The translations under genes and the position numbers were made by a program. Below are positions 1 to 10,709 of a stretch of DNA of 64,000 bases, one piece after another. The notes beneath the pieces are model-generated. The model was given only the letters and a program-made list of their open reading frames with translations. It did no database searches and had not been told where the DNA came from. The stretch spans positions 32,001-96,000 of the forward strand of contig JAEOTA010000085.1 of NCBI GenBank assembly GCA_016840085.1, given 5' to 3'. The DNA is from Promethearchaeota archaeon (GTDB lineage Archaea; Asgardarchaeota; Lokiarchaeia; Sigyniarchaeales; SOKP01). How positions within the stretch are numbered: the stretch's first letter is position 1; the number at the start of each line of letters is the position of its first letter.

Positions 1-1
1 C

Positions 2-793
2 ATTGATATTGGATTTCTTACATTTAACAAAATCAATCCATTAATCACTTCTGATAGAAAGTTAATTGAAAATGAAATAAAAATTGAAAATCAAAATAAT
101 ATATTAATTAGATCCGCTGTAGAATTTGAAGGAGATTTATTTGTAAAATTTAGAAATTTTGATAAGAATAATAAAGATCATTGCATATTGTGGGCAAATG
201 GAATCAACCTCGCTCTAAATATTAAAAATAAGTGGAAAATTCAACTTTCTCTTAACTATCCAAATTATGGTAATATAAACGATCTTGCTGAAGTTGCTAC
301 ATGGCTATTAAGTAATGATGCAAGAATTAAATTTATGGAGAATATGACAAAAAATTTTATACCAGATGAATTTTTAACAGAGCCAGATAACAATTTATCA
401 TTTTATGAGTATATTATTTTAAGTCGAGCAAGTCCAGCTAAATCTCTTGGATTGGGACAAATTAAAGGAAATTTGGGAATTGGTGCTGATGGAGACGTTA
501 ATATTTTAGATATTGATCTACATAACATCGATACAGTTAAAGATTATGATGTAATCAAGAAATCGTTAAGTAATATTGAATATGTTATAAAATCTGGTGA
601 AATTATAAAATATGGGGATAATTTAGATTTGTCACATCAAGGTAAGATTTTTTGGACAAGGGGCACTATAGAAAAAGAGGATAGATCAATTATTTTGAAA
701 CAAAAAAAGGATTTTTATCAAAAATATTATTCAATTTTCTATGATTCTCTAATAACTTCAATTAATAATAAATTTTTAAGGTTAGTTGATTAG
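2..793 (+). CDS. fwdA: Formylmethanofuran dehydrogenase subunit A-like amidohydrolase, 3' part (5' truncated by window edge)
   Basis: Frame is open from base 2. LSFYEYIILSRASPAKSLGL...KGNLGIGADGDVNILD matches the FwdA/FmdA C-terminal pattern. Confidence 0.7.
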   Translation: MDIGFLTFNKINPLITSDRKLIENEIKIENQNNILIRSAVEFEGDLFVKFRNFDKNNKDHCILWANGINLALNIKNKWKIQLSLNYPNYGNINDLAEVATWLLSNDARIKFMENMTKNFIPDEFLTEPDNNLSFYEYIILSRASPAKSLGLGQIKGNLGIGADGDVNILDIDLHNIDTVKDYDVIKKSLSNIEYVIKSGEIIKYGDNLDLSHQGKIFWTRGTIEKEDRSIILKQKKDFYQKYYSIFYDSLITSINNKFLRLVD

Positions 794-902
794 AATATAA
801 AATTTGAAGTTATTATTCAAACCAATGATTTTTAATAGCATGAAATTAAAAAAATTCAATGAAAAAAAAATCTGTTAAGAGAATTTTTAATCTTTCTTAT
901 TT

Positions 903-2414
903 CTAACCTATAGCGTGGTAGTGAAGCATAGAATGATGATAATACCTTGGTGCTATAATATACGCTAAAGGTCTTCTCCTTATGTAAGTTTCTAAATCTT
1001 GTTCGAAAAAAGAGTATATGCTAAGATGTATCAAAGGATTTATTAAATATTTCCATTTATCCAGTTGCTCTTGTGAGATATTATTTTCAATCAATAATAC
1101 ATTGGGATTTAAACACATTAGAATAGCATATTCCATTAATTCTGGAATAAATTTTGCACTTTGGGCTTTTAATATGTTTGATTGTGCTCGCAATAATACT
1201 CTCCACGTCTCTTCAGGGTCCCATGGAAATAATGAGGAGATTGCTGAAAAGAATTTCGTACCTTCAGGTATATCTTCAATAATTTCATAAAAATAATTAT
1301 AAGAGTCTAATTTAGTGGAAAATGCTAAAATTAACAATACGAATATCATTTCTTCATCAATATTTTGCTTTAAATGTTGATAAAGAATTGTCTTCTTTCC
1401 GATCATTGGTAAATCTCTTTGAAAGTCTATGAAAATTCTAAGATTTTCATAATATTGCATAATTATATTTCTATTTACCTCATTTTTTGAACCCCATATT
1501 GTAAAAAATTTACCCAATAACGAGATCGCTGTTCTGATTTTATGAGTTGATATATTAGCATTATTAAGGATTTCATGAAATATTCTTTTATATTCATTTT
1601 CGGGATATTTATATTTAAATTCATTCTCAGTAATCTTTGCTTCATGATTATTCTTTGGAATCATATTTTCTGGATGGTTCATGAGATAAAATGATAAATT
1701 CATCATTCTTTTTTGTGCGTTATTGTAATTACGTTCACGTAGCGTAATAATATTCATAATTTTAGATAGATTTAGCATATTTGTATTAAGAAAGTATAAA
1801 GCCCATACCGGTGAGAACTTATTTGTTCTCATAATATTTCCAATACTGTCGATAAGCATGGTGAATGTGTCATCTAAATTCTTTAACACAATAATTAGCT
1901 CTTTTAATTCTCGAGAATAGAATCTCCTCCGAGCTTTTATTTCATCAATAATTGTTTCACCTATGGGGGTAAGAAAAACTCTAATACCATTAACCTTAAC
2001 GGCTCTTTCATAAGATTCAATTTCTCTATTAAGTTTTAACAAATCGTTCTTCAATATTTTCAGATTAATTTCGTTATTTTCAATGAATTGACATAAATCA
2101 GATATGTCCTTTTTTAATGTTGCACCTCTTCCAATTTTTAAATAAGCAAAAAAGCGGGATATCGTTGATACATGATTATAATCACCCTCTAATGATACTA
2201 AATTTTGATAAGCTTGTCTTATATCATTAGATAACTTCACATACTTTCTTTTTAGACTTGTTATGTCTTTTTCTCTTGACGTCTTGGGGATTTTAGATTT
2301 GAATTCTGAAATAAGATGATTTTCTTTTAATTCAGAGATCTCTTCATATGATGTCAATATATCTTTTTTATCTTTTATAGAACTTAATATCTCTAACGCT
2401 CTCTCACATCTCAA
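903..2414 (-). CDS. Hypothetical helical protein with N-terminal coiled coil
   Basis: 503 aa ORF. TTG start overlaps the upstream TGA stop (TTGA), implying translational coupling. Confidence 0.75.
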   Translation of the reverse strand: MRCERALEILSSIKDKKDILTSYEEISELKENHLISEFKSKIPKTSREKDITSLKRKYVKLSNDIRQAYQNLVSLEGDYNHVSTISRFFAYLKIGRGATLKKDISDLCQFIENNEINLKILKNDLLKLNREIESYERAVKVNGIRVFLTPIGETIIDEIKARRRFYSRELKELIIVLKNLDDTFTMLIDSIGNIMRTNKFSPVWALYFLNTNMLNLSKIMNIITLRERNYNNAQKRMMNLSFYLMNHPENMIPKNNHEAKITENEFKYKYPENEYKRIFHEILNNANISTHKIRTAISLLGKFFTIWGSKNEVNRNIIMQYYENLRIFIDFQRDLPMIGKKTILYQHLKQNIDEEMIFVLLILAFSTKLDSYNYFYEIIEDIPEGTKFFSAISSLFPWDPEETWRVLLRAQSNILKAQSAKFIPELMEYAILMCLNPNVLLIENNISQEQLDKWKYLINPLIHLSIYSFFEQDLETYIRRRPLAYIIAPRYYHHSMLHYHAIG

Positions 2415-3613
2415 ACTTGATTCACCTTTTCTAAAATTGGTATTTCAACCGAGGGTAAATCCTTACCCTCTACTATAATTGTTAAATTTTCATTTATATT
2501 TTCTACATAAGTAAAAAAATCTTTATTTAAAGCTTCATAAATAAGTAATGCTAGTTCTTCTCTTTGTTTTTGCCAAGAAATTTGACGTTCTTCCAATAAA
2601 TGGCGATAAGAGTCGAGTTGAACTAAAGCATAGAGAAACTCATACACTAATTTCTGCCACTCTTTTTTCTGAGTCTCTTTATATTCATCCATAGGCACTT
2701 TTTTCCAAATAAATCCTTCAATATCTGCAAAATGTATTGTTCCATTCGGTGCTACTACACAATCCTTATCTAACCATACATCTTGATAAAATATACCTTT
2801 AATTTCGTTTCCTTCAATTATTGCTGATCGTGTATAAAGAGTTAAAAGCGCTATTCCACTTTTAATAAAATTCAATTCAAAATTCTCTGCCCTTTCTATG
2901 TTATCAATCTCAAATAACTGGAAAACTGAACTTGGATTAGCAATGACATGAGATGATTCAAAATACAAACGTACATTTGAAGGGAGTAGGCGTAGAACTT
3001 GATAAAAATGATCTTTATATGTTCTAAACCAAAAGAATTTCTTGGCCACTTCTTCGATTTCTTTTGGTAACTTAATAACTGCTACTGAGGGGCATATGTA
3101 AGCTCCATTAATAGAATCCAATTTAGCGATTCTAGAAAATTTCAGTTCATCAAATCCATTTATAAAACCTTGAGCGCCATATGGACTTTCACCCATCCAA
3201 GATTCCCCCATTATGAATCCTAAACCAGTGGATAATGTTTCAATTTTACTTAGATGTTTTATATCTCGACATGCGTTTTTTATTTTACTCGGGTTCAATT
3301 TTCCTCCAAAAAACATATCCTCATAAGCACCACACCCTTTTACTGATAAATATACAATTTTTCCTCCAATTTCAATAAAGTTTTCTGGAATCATTGCGTT
3401 TCTATTTTCATCTCTAACCGCTGGCTGTGATTTATGATTTAACCCATGAAACTCAGCAGTGGCTGGCCCTAAATAGGCAGAATACCATTCTTCCGGTAAT
3501 TTAAATTGCTTATTAATTTCAATAGCCTCAGGTTCAATCTTGAATAAATTAAAATTAACAGAATTTAGTAATTTTTGATGATAAAGTGTATTGTAAGTTA
3601 AATTTTCATTCAG
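2411..3613 (-). CDS. Protein kinase-fold / SelO(YdiU)-like protein
   Basis: Frame is open 73 codons upstream of the track's ATG, to a CTG at 3613 that follows AAGGTGAG and overlaps the upstream TGA. Motifs SVKGCG, LRLLPSNVRL and HFADIE resemble SelO motifs. Confidence 0.55.
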   Translation of the reverse strand: MNENLTYNTLYHQKLLNSVNFNLFKIEPEAIEINKQFKLPEEWYSAYLGPATAEFHGLNHKSQPAVRDENRNAMIPENFIEIGGKIVYLSVKGCGAYEDMFFGGKLNPSKIKNACRDIKHLSKIETLSTGLGFIMGESWMGESPYGAQGFINGFDELKFSRIAKLDSINGAYICPSVAVIKLPKEIEEVAKKFFWFRTYKDHFYQVLRLLPSNVRLYFESSHVIANPSSVFQLFEIDNIERAENFELNFIKSGIALLTLYTRSAIIEGNEIKGIFYQDVWLDKDCVVAPNGTIHFADIEGFIWKKVPMDEYKETQKKEWQKLVYEFLYALVQLDSYRHLLEERQISWQKQREELALLIYEALNKDFFTYVENINENLTIIVEGKDLPSVEIPILEKVNQV

Positions 3614-5253
3614 TAGCGTCTCACCTTAACTTTAGGCATCTTTTTACCTAAAAGGTATATTGTACCTACTATTTGAGCATTATAATCATCATATATGTTT
3701 TTAGCGGGACTATTCCATTCAGCAATTTCCGTAATTGCTCGTGTACATCCTATTTCCTTGAGCGCTGAAAGTCGAGCTAATACAAGCATTCTTCCGATTC
3801 CATGATTTCTAAAAGCAGGATGGACGTAAAGACCATATAACCATCCAGTTTCTTCTCCGGGAGTAGCAAAACCTACACCTAATATTATTTCATTAGCTAT
3901 AGATTCTGGTTTAGGATAATTACTTTGAAATAAATCTGACATTATTGATTGAATCCAAGTTTCTGTTCTTAATGCAGTAGCTCCAACCGCTATATCATCC
4001 TCATAAGATTTAGTAACCCATTTTGCATATTTCTTGCTTTTTTTACCCCTATCTTCATTTGCGATCATTTTCATGATAGCATCTAAATGTTTCTCCTCAA
4101 CAGGTTTTATATGAGCAGTATCAAAACTTAAATCTCTTTGCTGGAGATTATTAATTTCAAAGATATTATATTTCTCAATTGTGCGAAAACCCTTTAATCC
4201 TCTTCCACTTTCAGTAAATGCATATTTAACTTTAGTATAATTTACCATATCCCATATGTGATTACCATAAAAGGTACCAACTTTCCCTTTTTGTTCAATA
4301 AATCCTATTCCTTCTACTACTCCATTACTATGAGCGCTGATGATTTTTTTTTCATGAGATCTCGCTCTAACTAAATAGGAGGGTATCATTTCTGAATAAG
4401 CAGATTGTATTTCAAATTTAACAAAGTTAGGTAGATTTCTTTCAACGATAATTTCTATATCTCCTTTCGGAATTATCCTTGATTTCCAACGGAGGTTTTC
4501 ATATATTACATAAAATAGAATCATAAAAAATAATATAGGACCCCAGTAAGCTAAAAAGTACATTCCAAAATTAAAAGGTCTTAGATAACTAGAAGATGTA
4601 ATGAAGACATAGGAATTTATTCTAAATTTTGACCAATGCCCTGTTTCTCCATCATATCCATCATCTACTTCTGTATAAATCTCTCCAATCAAATAACCAT
4701 CTTTCGTAAAGAAATTATCTACTTCATATTTAGCATCAAATTCTCCATACACATCATCTCGAGAATAGTAGCCCTCACTATGAAGTTTTTTTCCACTAAA
4801 AGGCATTAGATTTCCAACCCAAATAAGGTGTTCTCCACTGATTACATCATATGAAGTATCGAGAATATCATATTGAGACGCTTTAATCCCTCCAGGAATA
4901 TGAAACCAAACATTCATATCAGTAGTATTAAGGACATCTTGGTCAGTGCCCCATACATAAGCTCCATTAACTAGTGAATATGAAAACTCATAATTATCTA
5001 CGCTTTTTTGGGAAGAACCATAGTAGTTTTCAGAAAATCTCCATGAAATCCGAGCGGTCACATTTGCATAATTTCCATTAAAATCAACAAGATAATGCCC
5101 TTTTGCTCTAAAAGTTTCTGTATATCCATCATACCAACCTCCTGTTCCTACCAAATCCCAATTATAGACATATTCGAATTCTAGGTCATGAGATGTAAAT
5201 TTAATACCTAAATATGGCATCCCGAATAATTGAACAATAACAGAAGTTATCAC
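3610..5253 (-). CDS. Membrane protein: extracellular beta-rich domain, TM helix, C-terminal GNAT acetyltransferase
   Basis: GNAT motif A LYVHPAFRNHGIG. TM segment FLAYWGPILFFMILFYVIY. Frame is open further upstream (IIRKRTILIVIF), so the true start may be near 5289. Confidence 0.8.
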   Translation of the reverse strand: MITSVIVQLFGMPYLGIKFTSHDLEFEYVYNWDLVGTGGWYDGYTETFRAKGHYLVDFNGNYANVTARISWRFSENYYGSSQKSVDNYEFSYSLVNGAYVWGTDQDVLNTTDMNVWFHIPGGIKASQYDILDTSYDVISGEHLIWVGNLMPFSGKKLHSEGYYSRDDVYGEFDAKYEVDNFFTKDGYLIGEIYTEVDDGYDGETGHWSKFRINSYVFITSSSYLRPFNFGMYFLAYWGPILFFMILFYVIYENLRWKSRIIPKGDIEIIVERNLPNFVKFEIQSAYSEMIPSYLVRARSHEKKIISAHSNGVVEGIGFIEQKGKVGTFYGNHIWDMVNYTKVKYAFTESGRGLKGFRTIEKYNIFEINNLQQRDLSFDTAHIKPVEEKHLDAIMKMIANEDRGKKSKKYAKWVTKSYEDDIAVGATALRTETWIQSIMSDLFQSNYPKPESIANEIILGVGFATPGEETGWLYGLYVHPAFRNHGIGRMLVLARLSALKEIGCTRAITEIAEWNSPAKNIYDDYNAQIVGTIYLLGKKMPKVKVRRY

Positions 5254-5641
5254 AAATATTACAATTAAAATTGTTCTCTTTCTTATAATTTTAAAACAAC
5301 TCCTAAGGATATTAGATTACTTTTTGTAATATATTTAATGCATATCTTAATTTAAAATATGTTAATATTGAATTTCTTTTGAATTTAAATATAAAAATAA
5401 GCCTTTAAATATTCATATTAGATCAGGGGATTTTTATACATTTACTATATTTATTTGTAATATTTTTAAGTAAAAAATCCTCTAATTTATGAATATTTCA
5501 TACTAAATAAAAGAAAACTAACTAAATGTTTATTTTGAAGTTATAAATAAAGTTGATTGATTAAAAATTAGTTTAGGTAAATATTTTTTATTTTATATGA
5601 TAAAATTTAATCGATAAAAAAGGAATTAAATTAGAAAAGGA

Positions 5642-7192
5642 TTAAGAATTGAATATTTTACCAGTTTTAGCTTCTTCTTCTTCACGGAGTGGTTGTTTCA
5701 TAATCTTACCTGTAGGAGTCTTAAGTAGATCATCTCTGAATTCCACATATTTTGGAATTTTGAAATTAGCAAGATTCTTTTTGCAATGTTCAATTATTTC
5801 TTCGGCAGTTGTAGTTTTTCCTTCTTTCAATACTACAAAAGCTTTAGGAAGTTCTCCATAGATATTATCTCGCACTCCAATAACAGTTGCTAATGAAACA
5901 TCAGGATGAGCATATAGCACCTCCTCTATTTCTCTAGGATATATATTTTCTCCACCTCGAATGATCATATCTTTTTTACGATCTGTAATATAGAAAAAGC
6001 CATCTTCATCCATATATCCAATATCACCTGTATATAACCAACCCTCTTTGAGAGTTTCAGCATTTGCTTCCGGATTTTTAAAATATTCTTTCATAATATT
6101 ATCCCCTATAATCACGATTTCTCCTTTAGTGTTAGGGGGAACATCATTACCCTTATCATCTACAATTTTCATTTCATTCCCTGGTAGGGGTAGACCAATA
6201 CTGCCTACTTTTCGCTTATCTTCAGTCTCAGACGGCATGGGATTAACTGAAGAAGCACAAGTACCCTCCGTAAGACCATAACCTTCTATAATTTTACATT
6301 TAAATGTTTTTTCAAATTCTCTAAATACTTCTACAGGTAAAGGAGCAGCTCCACAAATAATAAATTCTAATGAAGAAAGATCCAGATTTTCATGGGGCAT
6401 TCTGAGCAAGACAGAAAGCACTGTTGGCACGGAACTAAAAGTAGATGCTTTATATTTTGCTACAGTTTCCCAATGTGTTTGAGCTGAGAATCCAGGAGTT
6501 AAAATACAACTAGCGCCAATAGTGAAAGGTGCCATGACAGTTACTATCTGAGCATTAACATGGAATAGTGGTAAAATTAACATGAATCGAAAATCTTCCC
6601 TAGCTTTTAAAAACTCTTGAATCATTTCTCCATTTCTCCTGATATTAAAATGGGTTTGTAAAACACCTTTTGGAAATCCTGTGGTTCCTGATGTATAGAG
6701 AATTGCCGCAGGATCCTCTTTTTCATCAATAGAAACTATAGGAGGAGCATCTGAAGATGTTTTGTCCATCAATTCCCAAAAATTTAAAGTACCTTCGACA
6801 GGTTCTCCAATTACTAGTATATGTTCCAAATTGGGGAGATCGTCTTTGATTTCATTAACCAATTCCATAAATTTTGGGATCGTAACTATAGCTTTAGCTT
6901 CTGAATGCCCTACTACAAATTTAACTTCTCGAGTCTTAAATAATGCATTTACTGGACCAGTAATCGCGCCGATTTTTGGAATACCTAAGTATACATATAC
7001 ATATTCAGGCATATTTGGAAGGTAAACACTTACTTTTTCTCCTTTTCTTATTCCTAAATTATATAATAAATTAGCCACTTTATTCGTAAGCTCATTCAAT
7101 TGAGAATAAGAAACGGTAATATCCTCCCAATATAAAAAAACCTTATCCTTATACTTTTCTGCCTGAGTTTCTACTAATTCTCTTAGATTCAT
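5642..7192 (-). CDS. Long-chain-fatty-acid--CoA ligase (AMP-binding enzyme)
   Basis: YTSGTTGFPKG, GYGLTEG, TGD, GGENIYPREIE, KTPTGKI motifs. Confidence 0.93.
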   Translation of the reverse strand: MNLRELVETQAEKYKDKVFLYWEDITVSYSQLNELTNKVANLLYNLGIRKGEKVSVYLPNMPEYVYVYLGIPKIGAITGPVNALFKTREVKFVVGHSEAKAIVTIPKFMELVNEIKDDLPNLEHILVIGEPVEGTLNFWELMDKTSSDAPPIVSIDEKEDPAAILYTSGTTGFPKGVLQTHFNIRRNGEMIQEFLKAREDFRFMLILPLFHVNAQIVTVMAPFTIGASCILTPGFSAQTHWETVAKYKASTFSSVPTVLSVLLRMPHENLDLSSLEFIICGAAPLPVEVFREFEKTFKCKIIEGYGLTEGTCASSVNPMPSETEDKRKVGSIGLPLPGNEMKIVDDKGNDVPPNTKGEIVIIGDNIMKEYFKNPEANAETLKEGWLYTGDIGYMDEDGFFYITDRKKDMIIRGGENIYPREIEEVLYAHPDVSLATVIGVRDNIYGELPKAFVVLKEGKTTTAEEIIEHCKKNLANFKIPKYVEFRDDLLKTPTGKIMKQPLREEEEAKTGKIFNS

Positions 7193-7391
7193 ATAAATTT
7201 CCTCATATTTTTAAAATTATCAATTATGATTTTAAACAAGCAAAAATATGTTCTCTCTTATATAAAGTTTATAATCCTAATATTAAAGTTAATTTTATCC
7301 ACCTTAATAGTAGAGAGATTTAAAAATAAAACTATTATAATATTTACATAATTATTTTATATTTTGAATGATAAAAATAAATGATTAAGAT

Positions 7392-7643
7392 TTGATATTT
7401 ATGGAATTTAAAGAATTTTTTAGCGATTTTGCGGTTTTCCTAAAGACAGGTCTTAAAAAATTAATACTTGTTAGTATCCTCGTTTTCTATTTTTCATTTT
7501 TGGGTTTTTATAATGCTTTTAGGATGAATTTAGATTATTCAGTAGAATTTAGTTGGATATATGGTATAATCTCTAGCCTAATATTCACTATAATTTTCGT
7601 TTTACTTGTAGAGATATTCCTCTTTTATCTCAAGAAACGATAG
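7392..7643 (+). CDS. Small two-TM membrane protein, paralogue of 14441-14698
   Basis: MEFKEF...VFYF...YN..R.NL.YS.E.SW pattern is shared with 14441-14698. Confidence 0.75.
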   Translation: MIFMEFKEFFSDFAVFLKTGLKKLILVSILVFYFSFLGFYNAFRMNLDYSVEFSWIYGIISSLIFTIIFVLLVEIFLFYLKKR

Positions 7644-7711
7644 TAAATTTTTATTATCAGTAAACAAAAATGTATTATAATAATAAGTATCTTTATTAGA
7701 GGGTGGATTAA

Positions 7712-8935
7712 TTAAGGATTTGACAAATTTTTGAATAGATCTAAATACTTTTCTACGTGAGTTATCAAAAGAAATTCATTTTTAACTTTCTCGCGGCCTT
7801 TTTCGCCCATTTTTTTAGCAATTTTTGGATTCTTTAAAAGATAAATTACTTTTTCAGCAGTCTCATCAATTGTATCAACTAAAAAACCATTAATTCCATT
7901 TTCAATTTGTAATTTAATACCTCCAACATTTCCACCGATAACGGGAGTTTTTTTCCATAGTGCTTCGGTGACAGTGAGACCAAAACCTTCTCTAATTGAT
8001 TTTTGGAGAATAATTTCAGAAACTTGTTGGAACGCATTTACTTCTAAATCTGCAACTCCATCTAAATTTGATAAGATATGAATGCTTGGATCATCTCCAG
8101 CATAATTTTTTACTTTTTCTAACCATTTAACACCTTCCGGATCATCATGAGCAAGACTTCCTATTAAAACTAAACGGATAGGAATTTCTTCATTAACTTT
8201 TCTATAAACATCAATTACACCCAATGGATCCTTCCAGGGATCAAATCGGGAAACTTGTGTAATAAGGGGTAAATCTAATGGAACAAATTTTTCGACAATC
8301 TCTTTGGCAATATTTTCATCTAGTTGTTTATTCTTCTCTGAAAATGGATCAATTGAAGGTGTTATTTGAAATATAGGTGTTGTAATATCTTCTTTGGCAA
8401 ATTCTCTCTTAGTAAAAATGAGGGCATTATATAAAGGAAGATATTCCGAAATCAAATCCCATGCGTGAGGATTTGGATTAGAAGTATCAATATGACACCG
8501 CCAAATCCATTTACCTTTCTTCTCTTCAGCAAATTTGATAATAGGACATGGTTGAGGATCATGAATTATTATGAAATCACCATCAGGTCGAATTTGTTCA
8601 TATGACGATTTTGCTTGCAAAATATATGAGGAAATTTCGTCATCAGAGAATTTGATATCCATATTCCCCTGTAATGCATTATGCATTTTCTTGGATATTT
8701 TAAAAAATTTTTCAGGAGCTGTAAAAACTTTCCAATCCACGTTAATTTTTAATTCTTGCATTAACGGAATCATATTATGTAAGATTTCAGCAACCCCTCC
8801 ACCAAATTTAGTAGCGTTTATATGTAAAATATTATAATTCTCAAACTCTTTTGCTTTTTTTTGGACTCTTTTTATTACTTTATTCCCTAATAATTTAGAA
8901 TATTGTTTTAATAGATTATCAGATTCAGTATCCAT
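7712..8935 (-). CDS. treT: Trehalose glycosyltransferring synthase TreT (GT4)
   Basis: GGGVAEIL, HNALQG, HDPQP, WRCHID, SRFDPWKD, EGFGLTVTEALWK motifs. Confidence 0.9.
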   Translation of the reverse strand: MDTESDNLLKQYSKLLGNKVIKRVQKKAKEFENYNILHINATKFGGGVAEILHNMIPLMQELKINVDWKVFTAPEKFFKISKKMHNALQGNMDIKFSDDEISSYILQAKSSYEQIRPDGDFIIIHDPQPCPIIKFAEEKKGKWIWRCHIDTSNPNPHAWDLISEYLPLYNALIFTKREFAKEDITTPIFQITPSIDPFSEKNKQLDENIAKEIVEKFVPLDLPLITQVSRFDPWKDPLGVIDVYRKVNEEIPIRLVLIGSLAHDDPEGVKWLEKVKNYAGDDPSIHILSNLDGVADLEVNAFQQVSEIILQKSIREGFGLTVTEALWKKTPVIGGNVGGIKLQIENGINGFLVDTIDETAEKVIYLLKNPKIAKKMGEKGREKVKNEFLLITHVEKYLDLFKNLSNP

Positions 8936-9183
8936 TTCTTTAATTCCACTATCTTTTTTTACAATTACTATAATTACTATAAATCTAGTTGGTTCGAATT
9001 CATAACTTATTATTTTTTATTCATTTTACGCATATAAAATTGATTTGTTTATTTATCAAAACAGTAACATTTATAAACATTACTATCGTATTTTCTTTTT
9101 GATTTTTTCCCTCTTCATTCTCATTAAAAAGGGAAAAAATGAAAATTTAACAAAAATCAAAAAATTTGGGTCGAAATTAAAAA

Positions 9184-10638
9184 ATGAGAAAAAAAATTAA
9201 TTATAAAGCATCAACCATTTTGATTAGTCTTTTATTGTTAATTTCCGCTTCAGTAATTGTTATTCCCGTTAACGCCGGTCCAAAAATCTCACAAGTAACC
9301 TTAAATATTGTAGTTACTAGTGAACAAATAGAGTCAATCGAAGGTGTAATAGACGATTTTCTTGCCACAGATGAAGCAGAAGGAATAGATGATGTGAATG
9401 TTATTTCTTCAGGAGATACAGCTGATGATCAGCTAACATATATACAAACGCGTATGGCAACAAAAGATACAACTTTGGACGTTGTAGGAATGGATGTTAT
9501 TTGGACAGCTCTTTTTGCTGAGAATGGATGGATTATAAATTTAGATACACATTTAGAAACCAAAGAAATGGATGATTATGTTGGTGGTATGGTCGATTCA
9601 GGTGAATATCAAGGTAGCCAGTGGGCATTTCCTTATTTCTTTAACTTAGGAGTTCTTTTCTATCGTAAAGATCTATTAACAAAATATGGATATAATGAAA
9701 CAGATTTTGATACTTGGGCTGAATTAAATGCAACAACAAATGATATTTTAGAAAAAGAAGATAATTCTAAACTAGTTGGATACGTAGCACAATTTGATAA
9801 TTATGAAGGAGGAACAGTTAATTTTCAAGAATGGATAGGAAGTATGGGTGTTACAGCAATATTTGATGCAGAAGGTACTCCAGATGTTACTGATGTAAAA
9901 ATTGTAGCCGCCTTGACATTTTTAAAAGGATTAATAGCTCCTGATGATGATACTGATTTAAGAGATACTGATTATATTATTCCCCGTGATGCATTGGAAA
10001 TGAATGAAGGTACATCAGAGGCAAAATGGACAGTTGGGGAAGCAATATTCTGTCGACAATGGCCATACGTTTATGGTATAACTATATTAAATGATAAATT
10101 GAATGCTAGCACTGGTGGAGTATACACTCAATTTGGAGTAGCACCTATACCAACTTTTACTGGTGCAGCAGGTGAGAAATCTTCTTGTGTAGGTGGTGCA
10201 ATTTTAGGAATTTCAGCATATAGTGAACACACAGATGAAGCTATTGCCCTTGCTAGATACTTATGTCAAAATCATTCCCAGTATTATGCGTTAGAGAAAT
10301 ATGGCCATTTTCCTGCATTGAAAGCAACATATACAAAACTACCTCCAAAATATGAATATGTCGATGACTTTTATAAAGCAGCAGGTGTAACTCTAGCTAG
10401 ACCAAAACATAAAGAATATCCAAAAATTAGTGATGCTATATCAGATCGATTTACAGAAATAATTAGTTGTCAAAGTACTCCTACAGATGGAATGGATGAT
10501 TTACAGAAAGATATTGAAGATATTATTACTCCAGCAGAAGAGATTATCCCAGGTTTTGAATTACCGATTGTGCTTTTAACCATAGCTTCAATGATGTCAA
10601 TGATATTCATTTTAATAAGAAAAAAAATTCTTCATTAA
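9184..10638 (+). CDS. Sugar ABC transporter substrate-binding protein (trehalose/maltose type) with C-terminal membrane anchor
   Basis: Signal peptide. DVVGMDVIW, LFYRKDLL, YEGGTVN and RQWPY motifs. Ends with IPGF, a TM helix and a basic tail. Confidence 0.9.
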   Translation: MRKKINYKASTILISLLLLISASVIVIPVNAGPKISQVTLNIVVTSEQIESIEGVIDDFLATDEAEGIDDVNVISSGDTADDQLTYIQTRMATKDTTLDVVGMDVIWTALFAENGWIINLDTHLETKEMDDYVGGMVDSGEYQGSQWAFPYFFNLGVLFYRKDLLTKYGYNETDFDTWAELNATTNDILEKEDNSKLVGYVAQFDNYEGGTVNFQEWIGSMGVTAIFDAEGTPDVTDVKIVAALTFLKGLIAPDDDTDLRDTDYIIPRDALEMNEGTSEAKWTVGEAIFCRQWPYVYGITILNDKLNASTGGVYTQFGVAPIPTFTGAAGEKSSCVGGAILGISAYSEHTDEAIALARYLCQNHSQYYALEKYGHFPALKATYTKLPPKYEYVDDFYKAAGVTLARPKHKEYPKISDAISDRFTEIISCQSTPTDGMDDLQKDIEDIITPAEEIIPGFELPIVLLTIASMMSMIFILIRKKILH

Positions 10639-10709
10639 AATTCTAAAATTTAAAAATTACTTTTTTTTTTTATTTATGTTGCAATAATATTTTTCAAAAG
10701 TGAATAAAA

